Under the pieces are notes generated by a model. That model had not been told where the DNA came from and searched no databases. It saw nothing but the letters and a program-made list of their open reading frames with translations. A stretch of 64,000 nucleotides of DNA from Alphaproteobacteria bacterium. GTDB lineage: Bacteria; Pseudomonadota; Alphaproteobacteria; UBA828. Below, in pieces: positions 38,844-47,293 of this stretch. Made by a program: the position numbers and the translations under genes. The DNA is taken from NCBI GenBank assembly GCA_965221125.1, contig CBDCRW010000006.1, positions 448,001 to 512,000 of the forward strand. The letters are read 5' to 3'. Numbering within the stretch: the first letter of the stretch is position 1; each line of letters opens with the position of its first letter.

Positions 38844-39797
38844 GTCGTTGCCCTTTCCTCTCGAAGGATTGGGGCGCGCCTTCCGGCAAGACCCCGTGAG
38901 CACGCTGAGCGTGCAAGGGCAACGACACCCGATTCGTCGTCATCGGGACAGGCTCCGATGGTGCCGATTGGCGCCGAGCCCCATTACGGCATCTTGGTCC
39001 TGATCGGCTTAGCCATGGCGGTGACCCCGGCTGCCCCTCTCCGCGCCGGCGAAGCGGACGCCGCGCACGCGTCGCCCTGGGCCGCGGCCGCCGCCGAGGC
39101 GCGCATCCTGGCCGACCGCATCCTGCAGCGGGAGAGCGACGACCTGATACTGGACGGCAAGCGCCGGCGCGCGCTCGGCCACGAGATCAAGCAGGCGCTG
39201 TTGCTCATCCGCCGCGAATATCCGGCGATGGCGGACGTTTCGGTGCGTCAGGACGACCGCGGGGCGGCGCTCGTTCTGGGGCTGGAGGGCGCGCTGCGCG
39301 ATGCAGTCTTCGCCGCGTGGGACGGCGATGGCGGGGACGCGCCGCCGGCGACCGGGCACGGGGCGTTCGATGCCCTGGGCGCCGGGCTCGGGCTCCGGGC
39401 CGTGCAGGCGTACCCCGCTCTCGACTCGGCCGTTCTGTACCTCGACGAGCGCGCGAACGTCGCTGCGGCGCTGCGGGCGTATCGCGCGATCGACGGCGTC
39501 GGCTACGCCGAGCCCGACGCGATGCTGGGCGACGGCTCCGATATCGAGGCCGCCAAGGCAGACGGGCACTGGCATTTCGTCTTTCGCCGGGCGTGGGGCG
39601 ACTGCCCCGCCGGCTGCATCGACGAGGAACTTTCGTTCTTCACCGTGGCGGACGGAGAGGCCGCGCTGATCGAGCCCGCCCGGGCGCGCGCCATGGACGC
39701 CTTCGCCGCTCTCGTCGCCACCAGAGGCTGGCGCTAGAATGCCGCCCGCCGCCGTTCGCGCGCTGCCGGACGGCTTCGGGAAGCAAGGGAGAGCAGG

Positions 39798-41369
39798 ATG
39801 CCGATAGGTCCAGTACCGCCGAGCGCGAAGAAGGTCCAGGAGATGGCCGAGTCGTTCGGCTTCACGATGAGCGACGAGGACGCCGCCCTCTACAGCGAGA
39901 TGATGGCGGGCACGCTGAACAGCTACCGCCGCCTCGATGCGATGCAGGAAACCAAGCCGGCAGTGAAGTATCCGCGCGCCGGCTCCTACCGGCCGGGGCC
40001 GGAGGAGGACCCCTACAACGCCTGGTACGTGAAGGGCGAGATCCAGGGCTCGGGCGAGGGCGTGCTCTCGGGCCTCCGGGTCGGCATCAAGGATGCGATC
40101 TGCGTCGCGGGCTTCCCCATGATCAACGGCGCCAAGGGGATGGAGGGCTACATCCCCGACATCGACGCCACCGTGGTGACCCGCGTGCTCGATGCCGGCG
40201 GGACCATCCTCGGCAAGACCAACAGCGAGGACTGCTCGTTCTCGGGCGGCAGCCACACCTCGGCCTTCGGGCCTGTGCGCAACCCGCACAAGCCGACCCA
40301 TTCCACGGGCGCGTCGTCCAACGGCAACGGCGCCGCGGTCGCGGCCGGCGACATCGATGTCAGCATCGGCGGCGACCAGGGCGGCTCGATCCGCATCCCC
40401 GCGAGCTGGAGCGGCATCGTCGGCCTCAAGCCCACCTACGGCCTCGTGCCCTACACCGGCGCCATGATGATCGAGATGACCATGGACCATCTCGGCCCCA
40501 TGACGGACACGGTCGAGAACACCGCGCGGATGCTGACCGCGATCGCGGGCGAGGACCCGCTGGATCCGCGCCAGCGCGGGCTGATCCCGCCGGGGCTCGA
40601 CATGAACTACGTGGACGGCCTCGATGCGGGCTGCAAGGGCGTCAGGATCGGCGTGCTGAAGGAGGGCTTCGACCAGGGCGCAGGCGCCGACAGCTGGGGC
40701 GACACGGGGCTGCCGCCGGGCGACAAGGTGGTCTCGGACAGCGTGCGCGCGGCGGTCGACCGCCTCGCCGGCGAAGGCGCCGAGGTGACCGAGGTCTCCA
40801 ACCCCCGCCACGAGGACGCCTATCACGTGTGGGTGCCGATCTGCGTCGAAGGCGCGCAGGCGGTCATGCTCAAGGGCAACAACACCGGCACCAACTGGCG
40901 CGGCTTCTACAACACGCAGCTGCTCGACAACGTGGCCAAGGGCGGGCGCTCCAGGCCCAACGACATGGGCGTGATGGTGAAGTACGTGCTGCTCTTCGGC
41001 GAGTACATGCAGTCGGAGTACTACAACCGCTACTACGCCAAGGCGCAGAACATCCGGGGGCAGATCACGCAGAGCTACGACGACCTGCTGCAGTCCTGCG
41101 ACGTGCTGGTGATGCCGACCACGGCGATCCTGCCGACGCCGATCCCCGGCAACGACGCGCCGCTCAGGGAGCGCATCGTGCGCACGCTCGACATGATCCA
41201 CAACACCTGCCAGTTCGACGCGACCGGGCACCCGGCGATCTCGGTGCCGTGCGGCGTGCACGACGACCTGCCCATCGGCTGCATGATCGTCGGCCGCCAC
41301 TTCGAGGACGCGAAGGTGCTGCAGGTGGCGGCGGCGCTGGAGGCGGCGAAGGACTGGAGGAGCTGCTGA
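39798..41369 (+). CDS. Amidase-signature family amidase
   Basis: IKD (Lys), GASSNG (cis-Ser) and GGDQGGSIRIPAS (Ser nucleophile), plus GLKPTYGLVPYTG. Confidence 0.95.
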   Translation: MPIGPVPPSAKKVQEMAESFGFTMSDEDAALYSEMMAGTLNSYRRLDAMQETKPAVKYPRAGSYRPGPEEDPYNAWYVKGEIQGSGEGVLSGLRVGIKDAICVAGFPMINGAKGMEGYIPDIDATVVTRVLDAGGTILGKTNSEDCSFSGGSHTSAFGPVRNPHKPTHSTGASSNGNGAAVAAGDIDVSIGGDQGGSIRIPASWSGIVGLKPTYGLVPYTGAMMIEMTMDHLGPMTDTVENTARMLTAIAGEDPLDPRQRGLIPPGLDMNYVDGLDAGCKGVRIGVLKEGFDQGAGADSWGDTGLPPGDKVVSDSVRAAVDRLAGEGAEVTEVSNPRHEDAYHVWVPICVEGAQAVMLKGNNTGTNWRGFYNTQLLDNVAKGGRSRPNDMGVMVKYVLLFGEYMQSEYYNRYYAKAQNIRGQITQSYDDLLQSCDVLVMPTTAILPTPIPGNDAPLRERIVRTLDMIHNTCQFDATGHPAISVPCGVHDDLPIGCMIVGRHFEDAKVLQVAAALEAAKDWRSC

Positions 41370-41404
41370 GGGCGGTTGCTGAGCGGCGTCGTTGCCCTGT
41401 GAGT

Positions 41405-41513
41405 CCCCCACCTCTCCCCGACCCTCTCCTCCCCGAGGGGAGGAGAGGGAGAACGGGCGGCGCCACATTCGTTCCCCCTCCTCCTGGGAGGAGGGGGACA
41501 GGGGGAGGTGGGA
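41405..41513. repeat. Purine/pyrimidine-biased multi-hairpin palindromic element (REP-like, probable bidirectional terminator)
   Basis: Hairpins CCCTCTCCTCCCC-GA-GGGGAGGAGAGGG (41422-41449) and TCCCCCTCCTCC-TG-GGAGGAGGGGGA (41473-41498) inside an outer CCCACCTC/GAGGTGGG stem; lies between convergent genes. Confidence 0.75.
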
Positions 41514-41565
41514 ACGTTCGGGTTGCCGTGATCGGGTAAAGTTGGAACCGCTTTAGCCGCGCGCA

Positions 41566-42672
41566 CTACAGCACGGGCTTGGCGGAGGGCGTTCGCAGGA
41601 ACGTATCGAGCGTGGAGCTGTAGGTGGTGCCCACGCCGTCGTCGTCGAAGACGACCAGGTGCTCCAGCTTGGGGAGCAGCTCGACGCGGTCCCCGGTCCG
41701 GTGCGTGTGGTGCGATTCCGCGATGCACAGGAGGCGCTCGTCGTTCTCGAGCGCCGTCAGGTACTGGTAGTGGGAGCCCCGAAACGAGATCTCCACGATT
41801 TCTCCCATGAGCTCGCTGGCATGGTCGTGAATGATGTCGTCGGGCCTGACCAGAATTTCGACGGTGCTTCCCGGCGCGATATCGTGGCCCCGGTGCACGC
41901 TGTGGATGCCGAGCACCGAGCGCAGCCTCGTCCCGTCGAGCGCCGTCGCCCGGATCAACTGCCCTTCGCCGACGAACTGCGCCACGAACTTCGAGTTCGG
42001 CAGGTGATAGAGCACGTAGGGCTCGTCCCACTGGTGGATGCGGCCTGCGTCCATGACGCCGACCCGGTCCGCCATGGCGAAGGCCTCGTTGTGATCGTGC
42101 GTGACCAGGATCGCGCTCATCCTCTCGTGCTTCAGGATGCGCCGGACCTCCGGCACGATGGTGAGCCGCAGCTCGGCGTCGAGGCTGGAGAACGCCTCGT
42201 CCATCAGCAGCAATTTCGGTTTGGGCGCCATCGCCCGCGCGAGCGCCACGCGCTGCTGCTCGCCGCCGGAGAGCGAGTGCGGCATGCGCTCGCCGTAGCC
42301 CGCGAGCCCGAAGAGCGCCAGCAGCTCGTCGACCCGGCGGCGCTGCTCCGCCTTCGCAGCGCCCCGCAGCCCGAAGGCGATGTTGCGGCCGACATCGAGA
42401 TGCGGGAAGAGTGCTACGTCCTGGAACACCATGCCGATCTCGCGCAGTTCGGGTTCCACCACGGCCTCCGGCGCGGAGAGGGGCTGGCCGTTCATGGAGA
42501 CGGTGCCGCTCAGCGGCCGCTCGAACCCGGCGATCGCGCGCAGCAGGGTCGACTTGCCGCAGCCGCTCGGCCCCAGCAGGCTGCCGATCTGCCCGGTGGC
42601 GAGCGTGAACGATGCGTCCGTCACCACCGCCTCGCCGCCGTAGCCGAGAGTCAGCGAGTCGATGGTCAGCAC
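41566..42672 (-). CDS. fbpC: Fe3+ ABC transporter ATP-binding protein
   Basis: GPSGCGKST, VFQDVALFPHL, LSGGEQQR and LLMDE motifs; TOBE tail. Confidence 0.9.
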   Translation of the reverse strand: MLTIDSLTLGYGGEAVVTDASFTLATGQIGSLLGPSGCGKSTLLRAIAGFERPLSGTVSMNGQPLSAPEAVVEPELREIGMVFQDVALFPHLDVGRNIAFGLRGAAKAEQRRRVDELLALFGLAGYGERMPHSLSGGEQQRVALARAMAPKPKLLLMDEAFSSLDAELRLTIVPEVRRILKHERMSAILVTHDHNEAFAMADRVGVMDAGRIHQWDEPYVLYHLPNSKFVAQFVGEGQLIRATALDGTRLRSVLGIHSVHRGHDIAPGSTVEILVRPDDIIHDHASELMGEIVEISFRGSHYQYLTALENDERLLCIAESHHTHRTGDRVELLPKLEHLVVFDDDGVGTTYSSTLDTFLRTPSAKPVL

Positions 42673-42676
42673 CGGC

Positions 42677-44341
42677 CTATTCCCGCCCCGCCCGGCCGCG
42701 CGAGATCGTGCGGCTCAGGAGGATCACCGGGACGACGCCGACCAGCACGATCATGATCGACGGCGCGGCGGCGTCCGCCAGCCGCTCGTCGGAGGCCAAT
42801 TCGTAGGCGCGCACCGCGAGCGTGTTGAAGTCGAACGGCCGGAGGATGAGCGTCGCCGGCAGCTCCTTCATCACGTCGACGAACACGATCAGCAACGCCG
42901 TCAACACCGTGCTCCGCATCAGGGGAACGTGGATCTCGGCCAGCACCTGGATCGGCCGCCGCCCGAGCGAACGCGTCGCATAATCAAGGCTCGGCTTGAT
43001 CTTGTCCAAGCCGTTCTGCACGGCGCCGAGCGAAATCGCCAGGAACCGCACCGTGTAGGCGAAGAGGAGCGCGACGATGCTGCCGGAGAGCACAAGGCCG
43101 ATCTGCGCGCCCGTGAGCGACTTCGCGAGGTCGATCAGGCGGTGGTCGAGCCACGCCAGCGGCACGATGACGCCGATGGCGACGATGGCGCCGGGTATGG
43201 CGTAGCCGAGGCCGGAGATGCCGACGGAGGCGCGCACCAGCGTCGTGTTGCGGTTGCGCCGCGCGTAGCCCAGCACCAGCGCGCAGGCCACGGCGATCAC
43301 CGCGGCAAGCGCCGCCAGATAGAATGAGTTCCAGATCAGGATGAGGAACGAGGAGCCGCCCCAGTCCGCGTCGCCGACCGCCCACTTGAGAAGAACCGCG
43401 CCGGGCAGGACGAAGCCCAGCACCACCGGCAGCGCGCAGGAGAGCCAGGCCCAGGCGGCTTGCCCCCCGCTCAGCCGGATGCGGTGCTCGAAACGGGCGG
43501 CGCCGCCCGCGTCGTAGCGGGCCTTGCGGCGCGAGTAGCGCTCCAGGACGATCAGCAGGACGACGAAGAAGAGCAGCGCCGCCGAGAGCTGCGAGGCCGC
43601 GGTGATGTCGTCGAAGCCGTAGAAGGTGCGGAAGATGCCGGTGGTAAACGTGCTCACGCCGAAGTACTGGACAGTGCCGTAGTCGGCGAGCGTCTCCATC
43701 AGCGCCAGCGAGACGCCGGTCGCGATGGCGGGCCGCGCGAGCGGAATGGCGAGGCGGAAGAAGCTCCGGCGCACGCCGTAGCCGAGGGTGCGGCTCACTT
43801 CGAGCGTTGCGGCGGAGCGCTCGAGAAAGGCCGCGCGCGCCAGCAGGAAGACGTAGGGGTAGAGGACAAGGCCCAGCATCACGATGGCGCCGCCGAGGGA
43901 GCGGATCGGCGGGAACCAGTAGTCCCCGCGCCCCCAGCCGGCGACCTCGCGGATGAAGCTCTGGACCGGGCCGGGATAGTCGAGCAGCCCCGTGTAGGTG
44001 TAGGCGATGATGTAGGCGGGGAAGGCGAGCGGCAGCGGCAGGAGCCAGACGAAGAGCCGCCGTCCGGGGAATTCGCAGACCGCCGTGAACCAGGCGGCGG
44101 GCACGCCCAGGATCAGGGTCAGCGTGCCGACGCCCAGCATGAGGATGAGCGAGTTGACGACGTACTTCGCGAGGACGGTGTCCCACAGGTGCGCCCATGT
44201 GTCCCCGCTGCCGCTGCCGAACACCGATGCGACGATGATGAGCACCGGCAGGGCCACGACGAAGGCGAGAAGCGGCGCGGACGCCGCAACGATCCGAGAG
44301 GCCGACAGTGGTGACGCGGCGATCATCGTGGGCCTGGCCAT
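42677..44341 (-). CDS. fbpB: Fe3+ ABC transporter permease
   Basis: LPLAFPAYIIAY, YPYVFLLARAAF, METLADYG and MKELPATLILRPFDFNTLA motifs. Confidence 0.93.
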   Translation of the reverse strand: MARPTMIAASPLSASRIVAASAPLLAFVVALPVLIIVASVFGSGSGDTWAHLWDTVLAKYVVNSLILMLGVGTLTLILGVPAAWFTAVCEFPGRRLFVWLLPLPLAFPAYIIAYTYTGLLDYPGPVQSFIREVAGWGRGDYWFPPIRSLGGAIVMLGLVLYPYVFLLARAAFLERSAATLEVSRTLGYGVRRSFFRLAIPLARPAIATGVSLALMETLADYGTVQYFGVSTFTTGIFRTFYGFDDITAASQLSAALLFFVVLLIVLERYSRRKARYDAGGAARFEHRIRLSGGQAAWAWLSCALPVVLGFVLPGAVLLKWAVGDADWGGSSFLILIWNSFYLAALAAVIAVACALVLGYARRNRNTTLVRASVGISGLGYAIPGAIVAIGVIVPLAWLDHRLIDLAKSLTGAQIGLVLSGSIVALLFAYTVRFLAISLGAVQNGLDKIKPSLDYATRSLGRRPIQVLAEIHVPLMRSTVLTALLIVFVDVMKELPATLILRPFDFNTLAVRAYELASDERLADAAAPSIMIVLVGVVPVILLSRTISRGRAGRE

Positions 44342-44426
44342 CGTCAAGGTGTGCTGGCCAGTCTTATCGCCGGACCCGCCCCGCCCCCGCAAGCCGGCGA
44401 GGGTAGGGACGGGGGACGGGGGGCTG

Positions 44427-44600
44427 GAGCGTTTCCGATTTGCACGGAAACGCTCCAGCAATTTATCGCTCACGGCAGCCGGGCGGTCTTCGCTTCCGCG
44501 CGCCTGCCGGCGGGACCGGCCGGCGCCTCCGCGAGGGCGCCGCATAAGCGGCGGGCCGCGGTCGCGGCCTGTCGCGCGTCCGCCAGAGTCGGACGCGCTC
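44427..44600. repeat. Double-hairpin intergenic repeat, copy 2
   Basis: GAGCGTTTCCG-N7-CGGAAACGCTC ... TCGCTCACGGCAGC ... TTCCGCGCGCCTGCCGGCG ... GTCGCGGCCTGTCGCGCGTCCG-N7-CGGACGCGCTC; collinear with 6344-6501. Confidence 0.85.
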
Positions 44601-44607
44601 TAAGCGA

Positions 44608-45666
44608 TCAAGGCCAGCCGGCGCGGTCCATCAGCTCCACGGCCTGGCGGTTGTTCGCGCCGAGCACCGTCAGGTTGAGGGAGTCCTCGTCGAAGGTGCC
44701 GAAGGAGGCCAGCGTGTCCGAGACCGGCACGCCGGGGACGACCGGGTACTCGTGGTTGACCTCCGCGTACCAGGTCTGCGCCTCGGGTGAGACCAGGAAC
44801 TCGATCAGCCGCAGCGCGCTGTCCCGGTTCTGCGCGTGGGCCGTGATGCCGACGCCGCTCACGTTGACGTGGGTGCCGCGCTCGCCCTCGCCCTGGTTGG
44901 GCCAGAACACCGTGAGCGCGGCGGCGACGGCCCGGTCCACTTCCTTCTCGCTCGCGGCAAGGCGGCCGAAATAGTACGTGTTGGCGACGGCGAGGTCGCA
45001 TTCGCCGGCCGCGGCCGCTCTCAACTGGTCGGTGTCGCCGCCAGCCGGGTCCCGCGCAAAGTTGGCGACCATGCCTTCGGCCCAGGCCTGCGTTCGCTCG
45101 GCGCCGTTCGCCTCGATCATCGAGGCGACCAGGGACTGGTTGTAGATGTTGCTGGAGGAGCGGATGCAGATCCGTCCCTTCCATGTCGCATCCGTCAGTC
45201 CCTCGTAGGTCGACAGCGCCGAGGTGTCCACCCGGTCCCGCGCGTACATGATGGTGCGCGCCCGCTTGGACAGCGCGACCCAGTAGCCGTCGGCGTCGCG
45301 CAGGTGGGCCGGCACCGCCGCGTCGATGGTTTCGCTCCCGATCTGCTGCAGCACCCCGGCCTCCTTGGCGCGGTGCAGCCTGCCGGCGTCGACCGTGACG
45401 AAGATGTCCGCCGGAGAGGCCTCGCCTTCCAGCTCGAGGCGCTTGAGCAGGGCGTCGGCCTTGCCGGTGACAAGGTGGAACTCGATCCCGGTCTCGTCCT
45501 GGAAGCGCTCCAGGATGGGCAGGATCAGCGCTTCCTTGCGGGCGGAATAGATGTTGACGCTCTTGCCGTCCTCGGCGGAGAGCGCGCCCGGCGCGAGCAG
45601 CGCGCCGCAGAGCAGCGCGAGCGTCGCGGCGAATGCGCCGGTGCGCATAGTAATCGTTCGCAGCAT
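44608..45666 (-). CDS. fbpA: Fe3+ ABC transporter substrate-binding protein (FbpA/FutA)
   Basis: Signal peptide; VNIYSAR, SPAD, RSSSNIYNQSL, GGDTDQ and ANTYY (iron-binding tyrosines). Confidence 0.95.
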   Translation of the reverse strand: MLRTITMRTGAFAATLALLCGALLAPGALSAEDGKSVNIYSARKEALILPILERFQDETGIEFHLVTGKADALLKRLELEGEASPADIFVTVDAGRLHRAKEAGVLQQIGSETIDAAVPAHLRDADGYWVALSKRARTIMYARDRVDTSALSTYEGLTDATWKGRICIRSSSNIYNQSLVASMIEANGAERTQAWAEGMVANFARDPAGGDTDQLRAAAAGECDLAVANTYYFGRLAASEKEVDRAVAAALTVFWPNQGEGERGTHVNVSGVGITAHAQNRDSALRLIEFLVSPEAQTWYAEVNHEYPVVPGVPVSDTLASFGTFDEDSLNLTVLGANNRQAVELMDRAGWP

Positions 45667-45834
45667 CTAATCGTCCTTTCGTCGGTCTCGACCACGGCTG
45701 GGCGTCTGCCGGGCGGGAGGGTGAGCCTCGGGTCAGGGAGTGGGGGCGCTATGTGAACGCACCTTAGTGTAGTTCCAAACTGATGTGCTGTCCAGGCCTA
45801 TGACGCGGCGCTTTTTGCTCACATTAGATGGGGG

Positions 45835-46146
45835 CTACTTGATATACGCGAGAGGACGAGCGGCAAGCGCCTCGTTGTAGGGATAGAATTCTATCCAATC
45901 GACCGTAATCATCTGCACACCCTCTCGGAAATAACGGACCAGAAGGCCAGGTGTACGAGCTTCCCGATTCGGCGGGAGGTTCAGCACCCGATAGCCTTCC
46001 GGTGCGCCGACCAAGGGTGTACCGCACTCCGGCTCACGCGCTATTCTCCAAGCTGCTGCCCCGTAAATGTCATCTGCCAGCGGGTGCTCTTCGACGGCTT
46101 GTTCTATAGCGCGGGTCACGCTCAGTTCCTCGCGAATTGTTAACAC
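45835..46146 (-). CDS. Hypothetical protein, putative toxin (RelE/ParE-like topology)
   Basis: 103 aa; GTG start overlaps the Panacea stop. Pattern beta-alpha-alpha-P..G-beta-beta-beta judged by eye. Confidence 0.6.
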   Translation of the reverse strand: MLTIREELSVTRAIEQAVEEHPLADDIYGAAAWRIAREPECGTPLVGAPEGYRVLNLPPNREARTPGLLVRYFREGVQMITVDWIEFYPYNEALAARPLAYIK

Positions 46147-46673
46147 TGAATATTCTCGCGAGCGCGCTCCATATGGTCCTCTGTGACCTCTCCAAGCTTT
46201 TCAGCGAACACGGTATACAGGGGGAGTTCCTCATCTCTCTCGGCCAGTTGCCATATTTCCCCATGCGTGCGCTCACTGATGTCCATAGAGGTGATGCCTC
46301 CATCCACTATGGAGGTATAGACTCGGTCTATCGTCTCACGGTCATCGTCGGATAGAAGTACAATCTCGAAATCGCCCGTCATGTCGAAGTGCGTGTTCCA
46401 GTGCCCGCTTCCGGACGCTGCACGACCGCGACGGAGAACTCCAGCCGTTTCGAGTTGATTCACGGCTATTCTGTTGTGGCGTGCGACCGGCCCGAACGGC
46501 TTCTTGATATAGACCTCGCCAGTGATCGACTCGCCGCGTCTCAGGTACGCCGAGGCGTCAGCGTACCACAAGACCTTGTTTAGCTTGATTTGGTCAAGCT
46601 TCTCAGGATGTGCGGACGCTTTTTCGCACACGAAGTAGACAGCCTCAGTCAGACGCTGAAAGAGAACGGTCAT
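46140..46673 (-). CDS. Panacea-domain (DUF4065/GepA/SocA-like) antitoxin
   Basis: KLNKVLWYAD...GESITG..Y.KKPFGPV and ISERTH..IW motifs; AGGAG RBS before ATG 46673. Confidence 0.88.
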   Translation of the reverse strand: MTVLFQRLTEAVYFVCEKASAHPEKLDQIKLNKVLWYADASAYLRRGESITGEVYIKKPFGPVARHNRIAVNQLETAGVLRRGRAASGSGHWNTHFDMTGDFEIVLLSDDDRETIDRVYTSIVDGGITSMDISERTHGEIWQLAERDEELPLYTVFAEKLGEVTEDHMERARENIQC

Positions 46674-46678
46674 GACTC

Positions 46679-46897
46679 CTAACTCCACCTCGCGGCAGCA
46701 GCCTTGCGTGCGATCGCGCTGCGTTCATCTGGCGTCAGAGACGCCTTGCGCGCGCATGCGCCAGCATGGCCGGCCTTCACTTTGTTCGGTTGGTTGTAGT
46801 GGCTGTCTTGGTCCTCGCCAGTGGCGATCCTCGCCACGGCCACGGCACAGCCTATTACATCAGCGGGGCGCTTCTGCCCCTGCGGCCCCTTGGGCAC
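46679..46897 (-). CDS. Small basic protein of the PKGP..KRPAD / ARxxxLTPxxRSxIARKAAxARW family (IS-associated, putatively nucleic-acid binding)
   Basis: MPKGPQGQKRPADVIGCAVAVARIATGE...ARKASLTPDERSAIARKAAAARWS. Confidence 0.8.
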   Translation of the reverse strand: MPKGPQGQKRPADVIGCAVAVARIATGEDQDSHYNQPNKVKAGHAGACARKASLTPDERSAIARKAAAARWS

Positions 46898-47293
46898 GGC
46901 TAGCGCCGTACCGTCATGGCCATCCCTTCGCTTCTACACTTCGCGCCCATGGTCGCCTCCCTCCCTGCGAATCCAACCACCCAAGTGGCCTGCCAGTGGT
47001 TGGCTTCGGTTGCGTCGACACGCGCAATATAAGCACGCTTCATATGCTATGCACGTCATTTCCTATGTCGGTTCTATGTCAGAATGCCATCGCTCCTATG
47101 TTGACATCCGGATGAGGGGGCAGCCTCCACGCCATCCCTGTCAAGAGCATCGGAGTTCAAACTGAGTCATTATCGACGCGGCGTTCCATGCGGCGCCTGG
47201 ATCGTCGACCGATATCGGCTAGGAGCAGGTGGCGACGTTGGCTCGATCGGGTTCGGGTGCAAGACCATGTCCCGCGCCCGCGCGACGCGCGCC

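Larger units (their letters stand above)
37361..38995 (-). mobile_element. IS110-family, IS1111-group insertion sequence (1635 bp)
   Basis: 12-bp perfect sub-terminal inverted repeats CCGTAATGGGGC (37361-37372) and GCCCCATTACGG (38978-38989). CTT core at both junctions (37358-37360, 38993-38995). Short 5' and long (about 440 nt) 3' non-coding ends. Confidence 0.92.
37281..39737 (+). pseudogene. Secreted protein gene (WGDCPAGC motif) interrupted in its signal peptide by the IS1111 element
   Basis: Joining 37281-37360 to 38996-39737 gives the in-frame MRPLRAQRWLEGRTPRWRRALVVGCA-L-VLIGLAMAVTPAAPLRAGEA..., a continuous n/h/c signal peptide. Confidence 0.85.
45811..47174. mobile_element. Low-GC, transposase-less IS-derived cargo cassette (boundaries tentative)
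   Basis: Abrupt GC drop; right end TCAAACTGAGTCATTATC; flanked by the 9-bp direct repeat GACGCGGCG (45802-45810, 47175-47183); carries three co-oriented genes. Confidence 0.5.

Noticed and set aside
37647-39737. 696-aa ORF as a real fusion protein
   Set aside because: Its first ~450 codons are the antisense of the transposase and IS ends. Only the part from 38994 belongs to the interrupted host gene.
45881-45896. Perfect 16-bp palindrome GGATAGAATTCTATCC inside the putative toxin gene, about 215 bp upstream of fbpA, as an Irr/ICE box
   Set aside because: It lacks the 3-bp spacer of ICE and lies in coding sequence; no independent support.
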